Shown: piece by piece, positions 9,890 through 17,589 of the stretch
Position numbering within the stretch: the stretch's first letter is position 1
How the letters are laid out: each line of letters starts with the position of its first letter
Origin: an uncultured Candidatus Saccharibacteria bacterium
Lineage (GTDB): Bacteria > Patescibacteriota > Minisyncoccia > UBA6257 > JACOXY01
Assembly: GCA_964357615.1 (NCBI GenBank)
Contig: CAYHMC010000006.1
Location: 7,144 to 71,143 of the forward strand
Length of the DNA: 64,000 nt
Direction of reading: 5' to 3'
Program-made: the position numbers and the translations under genes
Notes under the pieces: model-generated
Seen by the model: the letters and a program-made list of their open reading frames with translations, nothing else
Database searches by the model: none
Told to the model about the DNA's origin: nothing

Positions 9890-10834
9890 CTATTTTTCTA
9901 AAAGTTTTAATTTAATCTTATAAGCATTGCCGTGATGCAACATTCCCAAGTAAGAATTAGCTGCTTGAATATTTTCATTTCCTTTCATTCTTTTAAACAT
10001 TCTTCTTTTAGTAGCCGTGCGCAATACGCGATGACTAGGAAAGTGCACCCAACCTAAAAAATCAAGACCAGAAGCAAGAGTTTTCATATAAAGTTTTTGG
10101 GGATGTAATTCTAAGCCCAATCTATAATATAAAAAGTTTTTTATTGGTTCTATTTGATTTTCTAACCATTCCCTATTTTCCGACAAAATCACGAAGTCAT
10201 CTGCATAACGAATATAATAATTAGCTTTAAGCCTGTGCTTAACAAATTGGTCAAATTCATTCATATAGATATTCACAAAAAGCTGAGATGTTAAGTTGCC
10301 AAGCGGCAGACCAACTCCCGATCTAGTGAAAAAACTATCAATTATATTTTGAAGAAGCCTAAGTAAATCTTTGTCCTCAATTCTTGCGCACAAAATATCC
10401 ATCAAAACTTGGTGGTGAATATTAGCAAAGAATTTTTTTATATCACATTTTAGAATGAAGCAGGTTCGAGTATTGTTTTTACTAACTTTGTAGCCAAAAC
10501 TCTTAAACCTATCTAATGCTTTATGAGTTCCCTTATTTATTCTGCATGAATAAGAATCTGAAATAAAGGTTTTATCAAAAAATGGATATAGTTTTCTATA
10601 AATTGCGTGATGCAAAAGTCTGTCCCTAACAGAGGCTTTGTGTATATTTCTTGGTTTTGGATCAGAGATATTAAAAGCTTTATAATTTCCGTGACTGTAG
10701 GTTTTATTTAAAAGCTCCTCATACAGCAATAGAATATTGTCCATGAATTTTAAAGAAAATTCTTGAACATCTTTTCTATTATGCTTACCCTTTACAAATT
10801 CTCTCCAAGCTTCTAATATATTTTCCACTCCCAA
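9890..10834 (-). CDS. diversity-generating retroelement (DGR) reverse transcriptase
   Basis: 314 aa with RT motifs and YADD (IRYADDFVIL). Motif 4 reads LPLGNLTSQLFVNIY, the DGR-specific [I/L]GxxxSQ form. The compact size is typical of DGR RTs, and it lies next to a TR/VR pair. Confidence 0.85.
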   Translation of the reverse strand: MGVENILEAWREFVKGKHNRKDVQEFSLKFMDNILLLYEELLNKTYSHGNYKAFNISDPKPRNIHKASVRDRLLHHAIYRKLYPFFDKTFISDSYSCRINKGTHKALDRFKSFGYKVSKNNTRTCFILKCDIKKFFANIHHQVLMDILCARIEDKDLLRLLQNIIDSFFTRSGVGLPLGNLTSQLFVNIYMNEFDQFVKHRLKANYYIRYADDFVILSENREWLENQIEPIKNFLYYRLGLELHPQKLYMKTLASGLDFLGWVHFPSHRVLRTATKRRMFKRMKGNENIQAANSYLGMLHHGNAYKIKLKLLEK

Positions 10835-10873
10835 AACTTCTTCGAAATTTTAAGTAAACATAATTTTCATTAT

Positions 10874-10902
10874 AAAAAAAAAACTTTTAATCCCCCCCCC
10901 CC
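10874..10902. repeat. homopolymeric A10 and C11 tracts in the divergent RT/Avd intergenic region
   Basis: aaaaaaaaaa (10874-10883) and ccccccccccc (10892-10902), located between the RT start (10834, minus) and the Avd start (10931, plus). Confidence 0.9.
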
Positions 10903-10930
10903 ACGGAATAATATTTCAATTATTCAACAC

Positions 10931-11251
10931 TTGATACGTGCATATAAACTTTGGCACGGATTCTTGCCTCATATCCCAAAAGACGCACGCTACACTGTTG
11001 GCGCCAAAGTAGATTCTGCTTTTATTGAAACAGTTGAAGCGGTGTTCCGTGCAAGTATCACAGCTAAAGATAAAAAAATTGCCTACATCGAAGAAGCTTC
11101 GATAAAATTGGATATAGTTAAATTTTTCCTACAGATTATCTGGGAAATCAAAGCATTGGATACTAAAAAATATGCTCTTATCTCTGCAGAACTAAATGAG
11201 ATAGGCAGAATGATTGGCGGCTGGCTAAGACAAGCTATGAGCCGAAACTAA
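10931..11251 (+). CDS. Avd-like accessory variability determinant (four-helix-bundle protein, TIGR02436-like), TTG start
   Basis: 106 aa. The pattern ...IPKDARYTVGAKVDSAFIETVEAV...KIAYIEEASIKLDIVKFFLQIIWEIKAL...ISAELNEIGRMIGGWL matches the four-helix-bundle / Avd family. It is adjacent to the RT and TR. Confidence 0.65.
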   Translation: MIRAYKLWHGFLPHIPKDARYTVGAKVDSAFIETVEAVFRASITAKDKKIAYIEEASIKLDIVKFFLQIIWEIKALDTKKYALISAELNEIGRMIGGWLRQAMSRN

Positions 11252-11298
11252 CCACCAAACATTTTCTCCCTACTATTTTATAAAACATTTATTGCCAG

Positions 11299-11427
11299 TT
11301 GCCGGAAACTGCCACTCGACCGTTCGAGTTCTGATCATTGTCGAGCCAGTTCCAGTTGAGATACCAACGCTTGCCATCCTGATTGAGGTACGGGACGTTC
11401 CGGTTGCCGTTCTCGTTCACCACGATT
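11299..11427 (-). repeat. DGR template repeat (TR), about 129 bp, coding orientation on minus strand
   Basis: About 87% identical to 11768-11896. All 17 mismatches are T on the plus strand here (A on the minus strand). The minus-strand translation is Asn-rich (VVNENGNRNVPYLNQDGKRWYLNWNWLDNDQNSNGRVAVSG) with AAC codons. Confidence 0.85.
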
Positions 11428-11683
11428 GTACGAAAAATCACCCACGTCACCACCCCTTGAATTATCTTGAGGTTGTATATTATTCGGAATCTATAATTCT
11501 CTGATTTCTCGCACCAAGTAGCAAAAATGTGTAGCGTATAGATACAACTCTCTGGCAGAAAAATTTTCCGCTGCCATTCTCGTTTGTATTATCGCAGAGT
11601 TCAACCGCGTACAACCTTAGCCGTACGCGCAACGTCTACTATCTATATTTAAAATATCATAAGTTTAATAAATAAAAAAATTA

Positions 11684-11701
11684 CCCTTACTTTCGTAAGG
11701 G
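11684..11701 (-). terminator. rho-independent terminator downstream of DGR target gene (CCCTTAC-TTTC-GTAAGGG plus T-run on minus strand)
   Basis: A 7-bp perfect stem with a 4-nt loop is followed on the minus strand by TTTTTTT (A-run 11674-11680 on plus). It lies about 60 bp after the target stop. Confidence 0.6.
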
Positions 11702-11763
11702 ATTTCGGTCCAAGGGACCAAGGGACAAGAAGTCCCCAGGTCCCAAGGATCCGAATGCCAATG

Positions 11764-12378
11764 CTACTTGCCGGAAACTGCCACCCGACCGTCCGAGCGC
11801 TGACCATGGCCGAGCCAGTCCCAGTGGAGATACCAACGCTTGCCACCCTGATCGAGGTACGGGACGTCCCGGTCGCCGTTCTCGCGCACCACGACCAAGC
11901 CCGGAAAATCGATGTAGACTTTTCCGAGAAGAGCCATGAACTCGGGGAACTCGTCTTGATGGTCGACCAGCCAGACTGCTTGCTGATAACCGAGAGTTGG
12001 CAAAGAGATGATTCTTCGCTCGTATTCGACGCCACCGACCGAACCTTCGTCAGGCCGGAGAACCGTTCCGAGGGATAGCGTTACGGCTTCCGTCGGCGAG
12101 TTGTCGCGCTCGATGGATTTGATCCACGAGAACTTCGCTTGAATCTCTGCGATAGTCGGACGTGGAAGTGCGGGAATCTGAATCGCGACGTCCTCCATTT
12201 TCCGGAAGAAGCCTGCTGCAGCGATGAGCTTCGCGACGAACTCGTCGGTGAGCAACTTCAACGTATCCTCCGAAAGGTCGAGAACTGCTTCTTCTGATCG
12301 ACTGACCTTCAGTCCGCCGATGATGCGCGTTGTGATGGTCGTGAGAAACCCGAATGCCGAACCGATTTGTGACTTCAT
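11764..12378 (-). CDS. DGR target (variable) protein, 204 aa, GC-rich, VR-encoded C-terminus
   Basis: The minus-strand ORF ends 4 nt beyond the VR. Its GC content (mid-50s percent) is far above the flanking genes (about 33%). The C-terminal WYL.W.WL ligand-binding-like segment is diversified. Confidence 0.75.
   Translation of the reverse strand: MKSQIGSAFGFLTTITTRIIGGLKVSRSEEAVLDLSEDTLKLLTDEFVAKLIAAAGFFRKMEDVAIQIPALPRPTIAEIQAKFSWIKSIERDNSPTEAVTLSLGTVLRPDEGSVGGVEYERRIISLPTLGYQQAVWLVDHQDEFPEFMALLGKVYIDFPGLVVVRENGDRDVPYLDQGGKRWYLHWDWLGHGQRSDGRVAVSGK
11768..11896 (-). repeat. DGR variable repeat (VR) at 3' end of target gene
   Basis: Partner of the TR. It encodes VVRENGDRDVPYLDQGGKRWYLHWDWLGHGQRSDGRVAVSG at the target protein's C-terminus. 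The substitutions are AAC/AAT/GAT to CGC/GAC/GGT/CAC/CAT/GGC. Confidence 0.85.
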
Positions 12379-12651
12379 TGTACTACTCCTTTTTCCATGG
12401 TTTACCCCTCATTCTCGCACCATGCGAAAACCCCAGGCTCACCATTGTACTGCTTCTATTATACCATATTTAACCTATCTTTGCAATACCACACAAAACC
12501 TATAATTTATAACGCTTATATCTAAGCAGAATGTCGCGAAGGTCAAAAAGCTTGGTATCCGAAGGATTTTTTGACCGAGCGTCAAATTCCAACTTTTCGC
12601 AGGAAAAAGTTGGAATGTTTCTGCGTGATATAAGTGATATAAATTATCCCC

Positions 12652-13809
12652 CTACCTCAACTTATACCTTTCCTTTATAAGCTTAGTAATTTGTTTTGCA
12701 ATAGTATGATATTCAAATTTTGCTAGGGCATGCTCCGCTCCAGCTTTACCCATTTTTTCGCGCAAATCTTTATCTGTTAGGAGTTTAAGCAACGATTCTG
12801 CAAGAGAATTAACATCAGCACGATATGCAAATGTTTTTGGTTTATCAAAAATAATTTTATGGTCCTCTTCATAACCCATATCTTTATAAACCCATTCTTC
12901 ATCCAACTCTACAGTATCAGCCACAGGCGCTAAAAAACCAGTGACATCTTTAATGATTGTCTCCTTAGGCCCCATATGGTCAATTGAAATAACTGGTTTA
13001 CCACATGCTTGAGCTTCTACCTGAATCATTCCAAAACCCTCAAGACGAGATGGAGCTGCGTATATATCACAAGTGTTTAATAAAACATTCATAAACTCGT
13101 ATGACATTGGGCCTTCTGCAAATACAACGCGATCTTTATCCTCTCCTAATTCTTCAAGCAATGCTTGTTCGTCATCATAGTGTGAGTCCGCACTCTCCCC
13201 TCCCCAAAGTTTACAAATATATTTCCAAGAAATACCTTTCGTTCTTAACTCATCTTGTATTAACTTAAGAGCTTTAAAAACTTCTTGAGCTCCTTTTGAA
13301 GTAACATCTCCTCCGGCAGTTAAGATAACTACATCGCTATCTTCTATGCCAAGCATTGCCTTCATTGTCTTAATTTGCGGATCAGATTTTTTTAGTGGAT
13401 GACGACAAGCAGGATCGAAGCCAATATGTGCCACTTCAAAATTTTTAACATTTGTTCCGTCTCGCTTATAAGTTTCTTTCACCCACTCACTTGTAACTAA
13501 GACAAGTGGAAGTTCCCCTAAATCTTTTTGATAGTTTGCAACCCAGCCGTCAGCCACAAGCCAAGGCACAGAATTAATGCCAAATTGCTTTGCATGATGA
13601 ACAATGTCCGGTGTATTATTCCAAAACCCCACACCAACTGCAATATCTGGTTTAAAATATTTATAAGTCCATTCTTTTTGAAACTCAGCTCCTATACTAC
13701 ATGGCATAACATCTTCTCCGTTTTCTTTCATACCAGTATACAAAAAATGACCTTGCATCGAAAGACCATCGGGTTCAGGAGGATACGCATATAAAATTAC
13801 AGACTTCAT
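12652..13809 (-). CDS. glycosyltransferase family 4 (group 1) protein
   Basis: 385 aa with EGFGMIQVEAQACGKPVISID and a GT-B fold signature. Confidence 0.75.
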   Translation of the reverse strand: MKSVILYAYPPEPDGLSMQGHFLYTGMKENGEDVMPCSIGAEFQKEWTYKYFKPDIAVGVGFWNNTPDIVHHAKQFGINSVPWLVADGWVANYQKDLGELPLVLVTSEWVKETYKRDGTNVKNFEVAHIGFDPACRHPLKKSDPQIKTMKAMLGIEDSDVVILTAGGDVTSKGAQEVFKALKLIQDELRTKGISWKYICKLWGGESADSHYDDEQALLEELGEDKDRVVFAEGPMSYEFMNVLLNTCDIYAAPSRLEGFGMIQVEAQACGKPVISIDHMGPKETIIKDVTGFLAPVADTVELDEEWVYKDMGYEEDHKIIFDKPKTFAYRADVNSLAESLLKLLTDKDLREKMGKAGAEHALAKFEYHTIAKQITKLIKERYKLR

Positions 13810-14087
13810 CCCATACGAAATAGGAAGCGCTTTAAACGATATTTTATATATCGTTTGCCTTTCCCACTTTTTAAATATAATTCTCTCGACCTGGCATCAT
13901 CTTTATTCATACAAGCTTCGTAATAAATTACATTAAATGGTCCTCTGCCTTTGGTATAGGTTGATTTTCCAGCATTATGTTCTTTAAAGCGCTTCCGTAA
14001 ATCGTTAGTAAGACCAGTATATAATTTATTGTCCTTCTTGCTCTGTAAAATATAAGTATAGTACATAGGGATTTCGTACGGGATCAT
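13806..14087 (-). CDS. GIY-YIG nuclease domain protein
   Basis: 93 aa. YYTYILQSKKDNKLYTGLTNDLRKRFKEHN is the GIY-YIG/URI motif. ATGA overlap with the downstream GT4 gene. Confidence 0.7.
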   Translation of the reverse strand: MIPYEIPMYYTYILQSKKDNKLYTGLTNDLRKRFKEHNAGKSTYTKGRGPFNVIYYEACMNKDDARSRELYLKSGKGKRYIKYRLKRFLFRMG

Positions 14088-14088
14088 T

Positions 14089-14766
14089 TTATAATTTATT
14101 AAATTTTTCTACTCGCGCACAACTCTTGCTTTCAAATGAATTGAGCTCAAAGCCATAGAAATCATTAACAATTTTAATCTTCTTTTTGTAAACGTTTTTA
14201 CTTAGCTTTACCAAAAAATCAGATTTTTCTTTGGGTTGTGCATATTTATCGCTACTGTGCATTTTGTAAGCAAAGCAATAGCGACTATGAGCAGAAATAT
14301 TTTTATTTTTTAGAAGCTTAGAAACGGCTTGATTTACGCCCTTATGTCTTTGATTTCCATATTCGCCGTCTTTAGCATGAGTAAAGATATAATCGAAAGT
14401 TTTACTTTTAAGACCTTTTATAATAAGTTTTTCAGCCATTTGGCTAAGACTCTTTATGCTTAGACGATCATCATCATCTTCCAAGTCAGTCATTATGCCT
14501 TTGGCATTAAATAGTTTAGCAACTTGGTTAAACCTTGGACTGCGGTCAGGGTCATTTTTTTTGCATAACGCAAAGATTATCCAATTCACTTTTGGGTTAG
14601 CGATAATTGTGCCTCCCATCCAAATTGTTTCATCATCGGGATGAGCAACAACTACAAGCGCTCGCCCACTTTTAAGATTTAACTCCACAAGATTTATTAT
14701 AGCTCTCTTCTCTCTGCCTTGCAACTCACGCCTCGCGACAGACGCGCGAGAAAAAAGGCAAAACAA
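14089..14766 (-). CDS. PIG-L/LmbE family N-acetylglucosaminyl deacetylase
   Basis: VVVAHPDDETIWMGGTI motif. Confidence 0.7.
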   Translation of the reverse strand: MFCLFSRASVARRELQGREKRAIINLVELNLKSGRALVVVAHPDDETIWMGGTIIANPKVNWIIFALCKKNDPDRSPRFNQVAKLFNAKGIMTDLEDDDDRLSIKSLSQMAEKLIIKGLKSKTFDYIFTHAKDGEYGNQRHKGVNQAVSKLLKNKNISAHSRYCFAYKMHSSDKYAQPKEKSDFLVKLSKNVYKKKIKIVNDFYGFELNSFESKSCARVEKFNKL

Positions 14767-14767
14767 C

Positions 14768-15724
14768 TCAAGATAATATTATTACTTCTTCTTCTAAATC
14801 AATTCCGAATTTTTCTTTAACTTTATTTTTTGCAAGCCAAATTAAACTCTGCACATCTGTTGCGCTTGCGCCCTGAACATTAACAATAAAGTTGGGGTGT
14901 TTCGGGGAAATCATAGCTCCACCATAGGACACTCCTTTAAGTCCAGACTCTGAAACTAAATAAGCAGCCGGAACAACAGGAAATGGATCTGTTTTAATAA
15001 CATCTTTAAGCTTAGAAGCTACTGATTTTTGAATTAAATCAACTGGAACATTTTTAAATATACTACCAATACTTGGATACTCCATCGGATGGCGATTATT
15101 GCGATAGTCAATTTTTTCTTGAATTGCTTTTTTAATTTTTGTTTTTTCTCCTTTTTTTAGCAACAGCTCTGCTTCCAAAATTATATAGTCACTATTTTTT
15201 TTAAATAAACTATCGCGATAACCAAACCCACATTCTTTATTGGAGAAATTTTCCACAGCCATTGCTTTGTTATCTATTTTTAAAAATCGATTTAGAGAAT
15301 ATTTCAAAGCTGAAACAGATTTAACAATATCTTTAATTTCACCACCAAAACAACCTGCATTACCACGAATTGCGCCACCCAATGTTCCAGGAAGTCCACC
15401 AGCCCACTCAAGGCCAGATAGTTCATGGTTGATTGTATAACTTAAAAGTTCAGAGACTGGCGTTCCTGCACCAATTTTTAATTTTGTATTACTGATTTTC
15501 TTAATATAGGAAAGTGCTGGTTTAATCACTAGTCCATCAAAACCAGAATCACTGAATAAAATATTTGTTCCACCACCTAGCAAAAAAATATTTTGCTTAT
15601 CTTTAAGCGCACTAAGAAGCGACTCCTTTAAATCAGGGATTGTTTTGGCTTCGTAAAAAAATTTGGCGGTACCACCAATCAGATAATTGCTATGAGATGA
15701 GAGGCTAACATTTTTTCTAAACAT
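14768..15724 (-). CDS. murB: UDP-N-acetylenolpyruvoylglucosamine reductase
   Basis: 318 aa. FAD-binding PCMH-type N-terminus (GGGTNILFSD) and a MurB C-terminal domain. Confidence 0.8.
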   Translation of the reverse strand: MFRKNVSLSSHSNYLIGGTAKFFYEAKTIPDLKESLLSALKDKQNIFLLGGGTNILFSDSGFDGLVIKPALSYIKKISNTKLKIGAGTPVSELLSYTINHELSGLEWAGGLPGTLGGAIRGNAGCFGGEIKDIVKSVSALKYSLNRFLKIDNKAMAVENFSNKECGFGYRDSLFKKNSDYIILEAELLLKKGEKTKIKKAIQEKIDYRNNRHPMEYPSIGSIFKNVPVDLIQKSVASKLKDVIKTDPFPVVPAAYLVSESGLKGVSYGGAMISPKHPNFIVNVQGASATDVQSLIWLAKNKVKEKFGIDLEEEVIILS

Positions 15725-15751
15725 ACTTAGATAATATTTCTGTATTAAAAA

Positions 15752-16165
15752 GACTTCCGAAGCAGCTCGAGTTCATCTAAAAGATATCTCCGTTCGCGAT
15801 ATTAGCCAATTTCTTAAAGACCAAGAAGCGACGACAAAGATGTACTTACTGCTACATCAAGAAGGAGTCGACGACGGTATTTAAGAAATTGGCTTTATCC
15901 CTTTGGGTTTTGGCAGTTTTGCAAAGATACAGCGTTACTTCTCGGAGATGTAGCTCAAGCTACTAACCTCCTCGTCGCGTCTCGTATCTTTACAAAACTG
16001 CACTCAACGCGAACTGGATATATTTTTTAGATGAACTCTTGATCACCCTTTATGACCGCAGGGGTTGACCCCAATTCACAATGTTGTAAGAGGGTGCGCG
16101 GCCCACGGTCATAAAGAATGACCATAGAGCGCATCTAACCTTCTTAAGCTGCTTCGGAAGTCTGC
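15752..16165. other. about 415-bp highly structured non-coding region closed by a 17-bp perfect terminal inverted repeat (candidate large ncRNA or DNA element)
   Basis: AGACTTCCGAAGCAGCT (15752-15768) pairs with AGCTGCTTCGGAAGTCT (16149-16165). Inside are a nested 20-bp stem (15769-15788 with 16021-16043), a roughly 230-bp imperfect palindrome (15790-16020) and a second branch with an 11-bp stem (CTTTATGACCG / CGGTCATAAAG). Confidence 0.5.
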
Positions 16166-16254
16166 TTATATAATAACATATTTGATCAATTATTTGAAAA
16201 TATTGAATCTGATTCAATATTCTAATGTAATGTTGGTTAAAATAAAAACACAAA

Positions 16255-16277
16255 ACCCCCGTTTGACGGGGGGCTAA
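16255..16277 (-). terminator. rho-independent terminator (CCCCCG-TTTGA-CGGGGGG, T-run on minus strand)
   Basis: A GC stem is followed on the minus strand by TTTTGTGTTTTTATTTT. Confidence 0.6.
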
Positions 16278-16473
16278 GTGCTTGTGAATTGGAGTAATTC
16301 CTTTACCCGAAGGCAAAGGCATTCGCCCACTTACTTAATCATTATACACCAACATAGCATATTTTGTCAAGTGAGAATGCGGAAAACTGTCAATTATATA
16401 TGACAAATATAATAAAACCCCGAACTTAAGTCGGAGTTTTGATAGTTTTTACAAATATAATCTAGTAATTTAC

Positions 16474-17589
16474 TCAAGTCTTTTTCAACACATGTTCATC
16501 AGAAACAGCTCCAAGAATTTTTTCGATTTTCATAGAAGCTCCAACACCAATTAAACTGCCGAATACGCTACCAGAGACATACGCTGGCGCATAAGATGGT
16601 TGCATATCTGCTTGTGTAATATGTCTAAAAACCAAATACCATATTCCGTTTGAAAAAATTGATGCAATGGCATGATAGGCTATATTGTTTCTATTTCGAG
16701 ATCTACTAACCAAAGAAAAACTTATGCTTTGTGCAGAAGCAAAAGCAAACATTAAAGAAGGTCCTGCGAAATTTCCAAACCAGAAAGTTAATGCTACGCC
16801 CAAAAATAAAATTGTAATGACCGGAACAAAAATTGAGGGATGCTCATCTTCAAGATGACCATCTGCAGTTGCACCAATATAAGACTCTATCCACATTGAA
16901 ACTTTTTGACCAGACATTCCGCCAATAATATTACCAAGCATATACGGTGGCAAAAGTTCATAAGAGAGATTTCCCAAAACAAGTTCACGGAACACCAGAT
17001 ACCACAAAAATCCATCAATGGATGCGGATATTGCGTGATACCATGGCTTGCTGGTATTGCGTGACCTGCGCACCAAAGAAAAACTCATATTCTTTAAAGA
17101 CGCCAAACAAATTAATAAAATTTGTGTTTTTGTATCACCACCACCAAGAATAACGGCAAATATTATTAGTATAAAAAATAATAATAAGAACTTTCGGCTT
17201 GTCCTCTGAGTTATATCCCCCTTCTCTCTGGGACGAGTCGTTATATTAAATCTCTTTTCAATTTTAGATGAAAGCTGTGACCCAGTAACACTTCCTAAAA
17301 CAGTTGCCACAACATAAGGTCCAAAAAACCAAAGTGACATTTCTTGGCTAAGCAATAATCGCATCGTAGTATAAAATGCCACACCCGAAATCAAACTACC
17401 TAACGCATAATAGAGATAACTATTTCTTGTGCCACCTCGACTCTCTATGGAGTAAGAGGAGTTCTGGACATATGCCACTACAGCAATTAGAATGGCAAGC
17501 TGAGGATTTTTAATAAATGCGGCAATAACTATCAAAGAAATAAATATCAAAAACCAGCGAAATGTCTTTAGTTCACTCCAGTCAACCAT
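16474..17589 (-). CDS. polytopic membrane protein with internal tandem duplication
   Basis: 371 aa with about 10 predicted TM segments. Two repeats each contain SLV(R/S)RSRN...YHAI(S/A)...WYLVFR. Confidence 0.5.
   Translation of the reverse strand: MVDWSELKTFRWFLIFISLIVIAAFIKNPQLAILIAVVAYVQNSSYSIESRGGTRNSYLYYALGSLISGVAFYTTMRLLLSQEMSLWFFGPYVVATVLGSVTGSQLSSKIEKRFNITTRPREKGDITQRTSRKFLLLFFILIIFAVILGGGDTKTQILLICLASLKNMSFSLVRRSRNTSKPWYHAISASIDGFLWYLVFRELVLGNLSYELLPPYMLGNIIGGMSGQKVSMWIESYIGATADGHLEDEHPSIFVPVITILFLGVALTFWFGNFAGPSLMFAFASAQSISFSLVSRSRNRNNIAYHAIASIFSNGIWYLVFRHITQADMQPSYAPAYVSGSVFGSLIGVGASMKIEKILGAVSDEHVLKKT

Noticed and set aside
11292-11504. Plus-strand ORF (70 aa, MPVAGNCHSTVRV...) over the template repeat
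   Set aside because: It is the antisense reading of the TR. Its similarity to the 11755-12078 ORF merely reflects the TR/VR nucleotide repeat. The TR is expected to be non-coding.
11649-12035. Minus-strand 128-aa ORF overlapping the target gene in another frame
   Set aside because: It is out of frame relative to the VR codon pattern (AAC to NNC substitutions fit the 11764-12378 frame), so it is a GC-rich artefact.
11755-12078. Plus-strand ORF (107 aa) over the VR and target gene
   Set aside because: It is antisense to the GC-rich target gene, whose own frame carries the VR with the adenine-linked codon changes. GC-rich DNA generates long spurious antisense ORFs.
15752-16165. RNase P RNA as the identity of the structured region
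   Set aside because: The size and terminal P1-like helix fit, but the near-universal P4 sequence AGGAAAGUCC and the ACAGAA(N)CCGGCUUA segment were not found on either strand. It is left as unassigned.
16050-16322. 90-aa minus-strand ORF inside the structured region / terminator
   Set aside because: It spans a terminator hairpin and an arm of the structured element, and has low-complexity, unrecognisable content. It is most likely non-coding.
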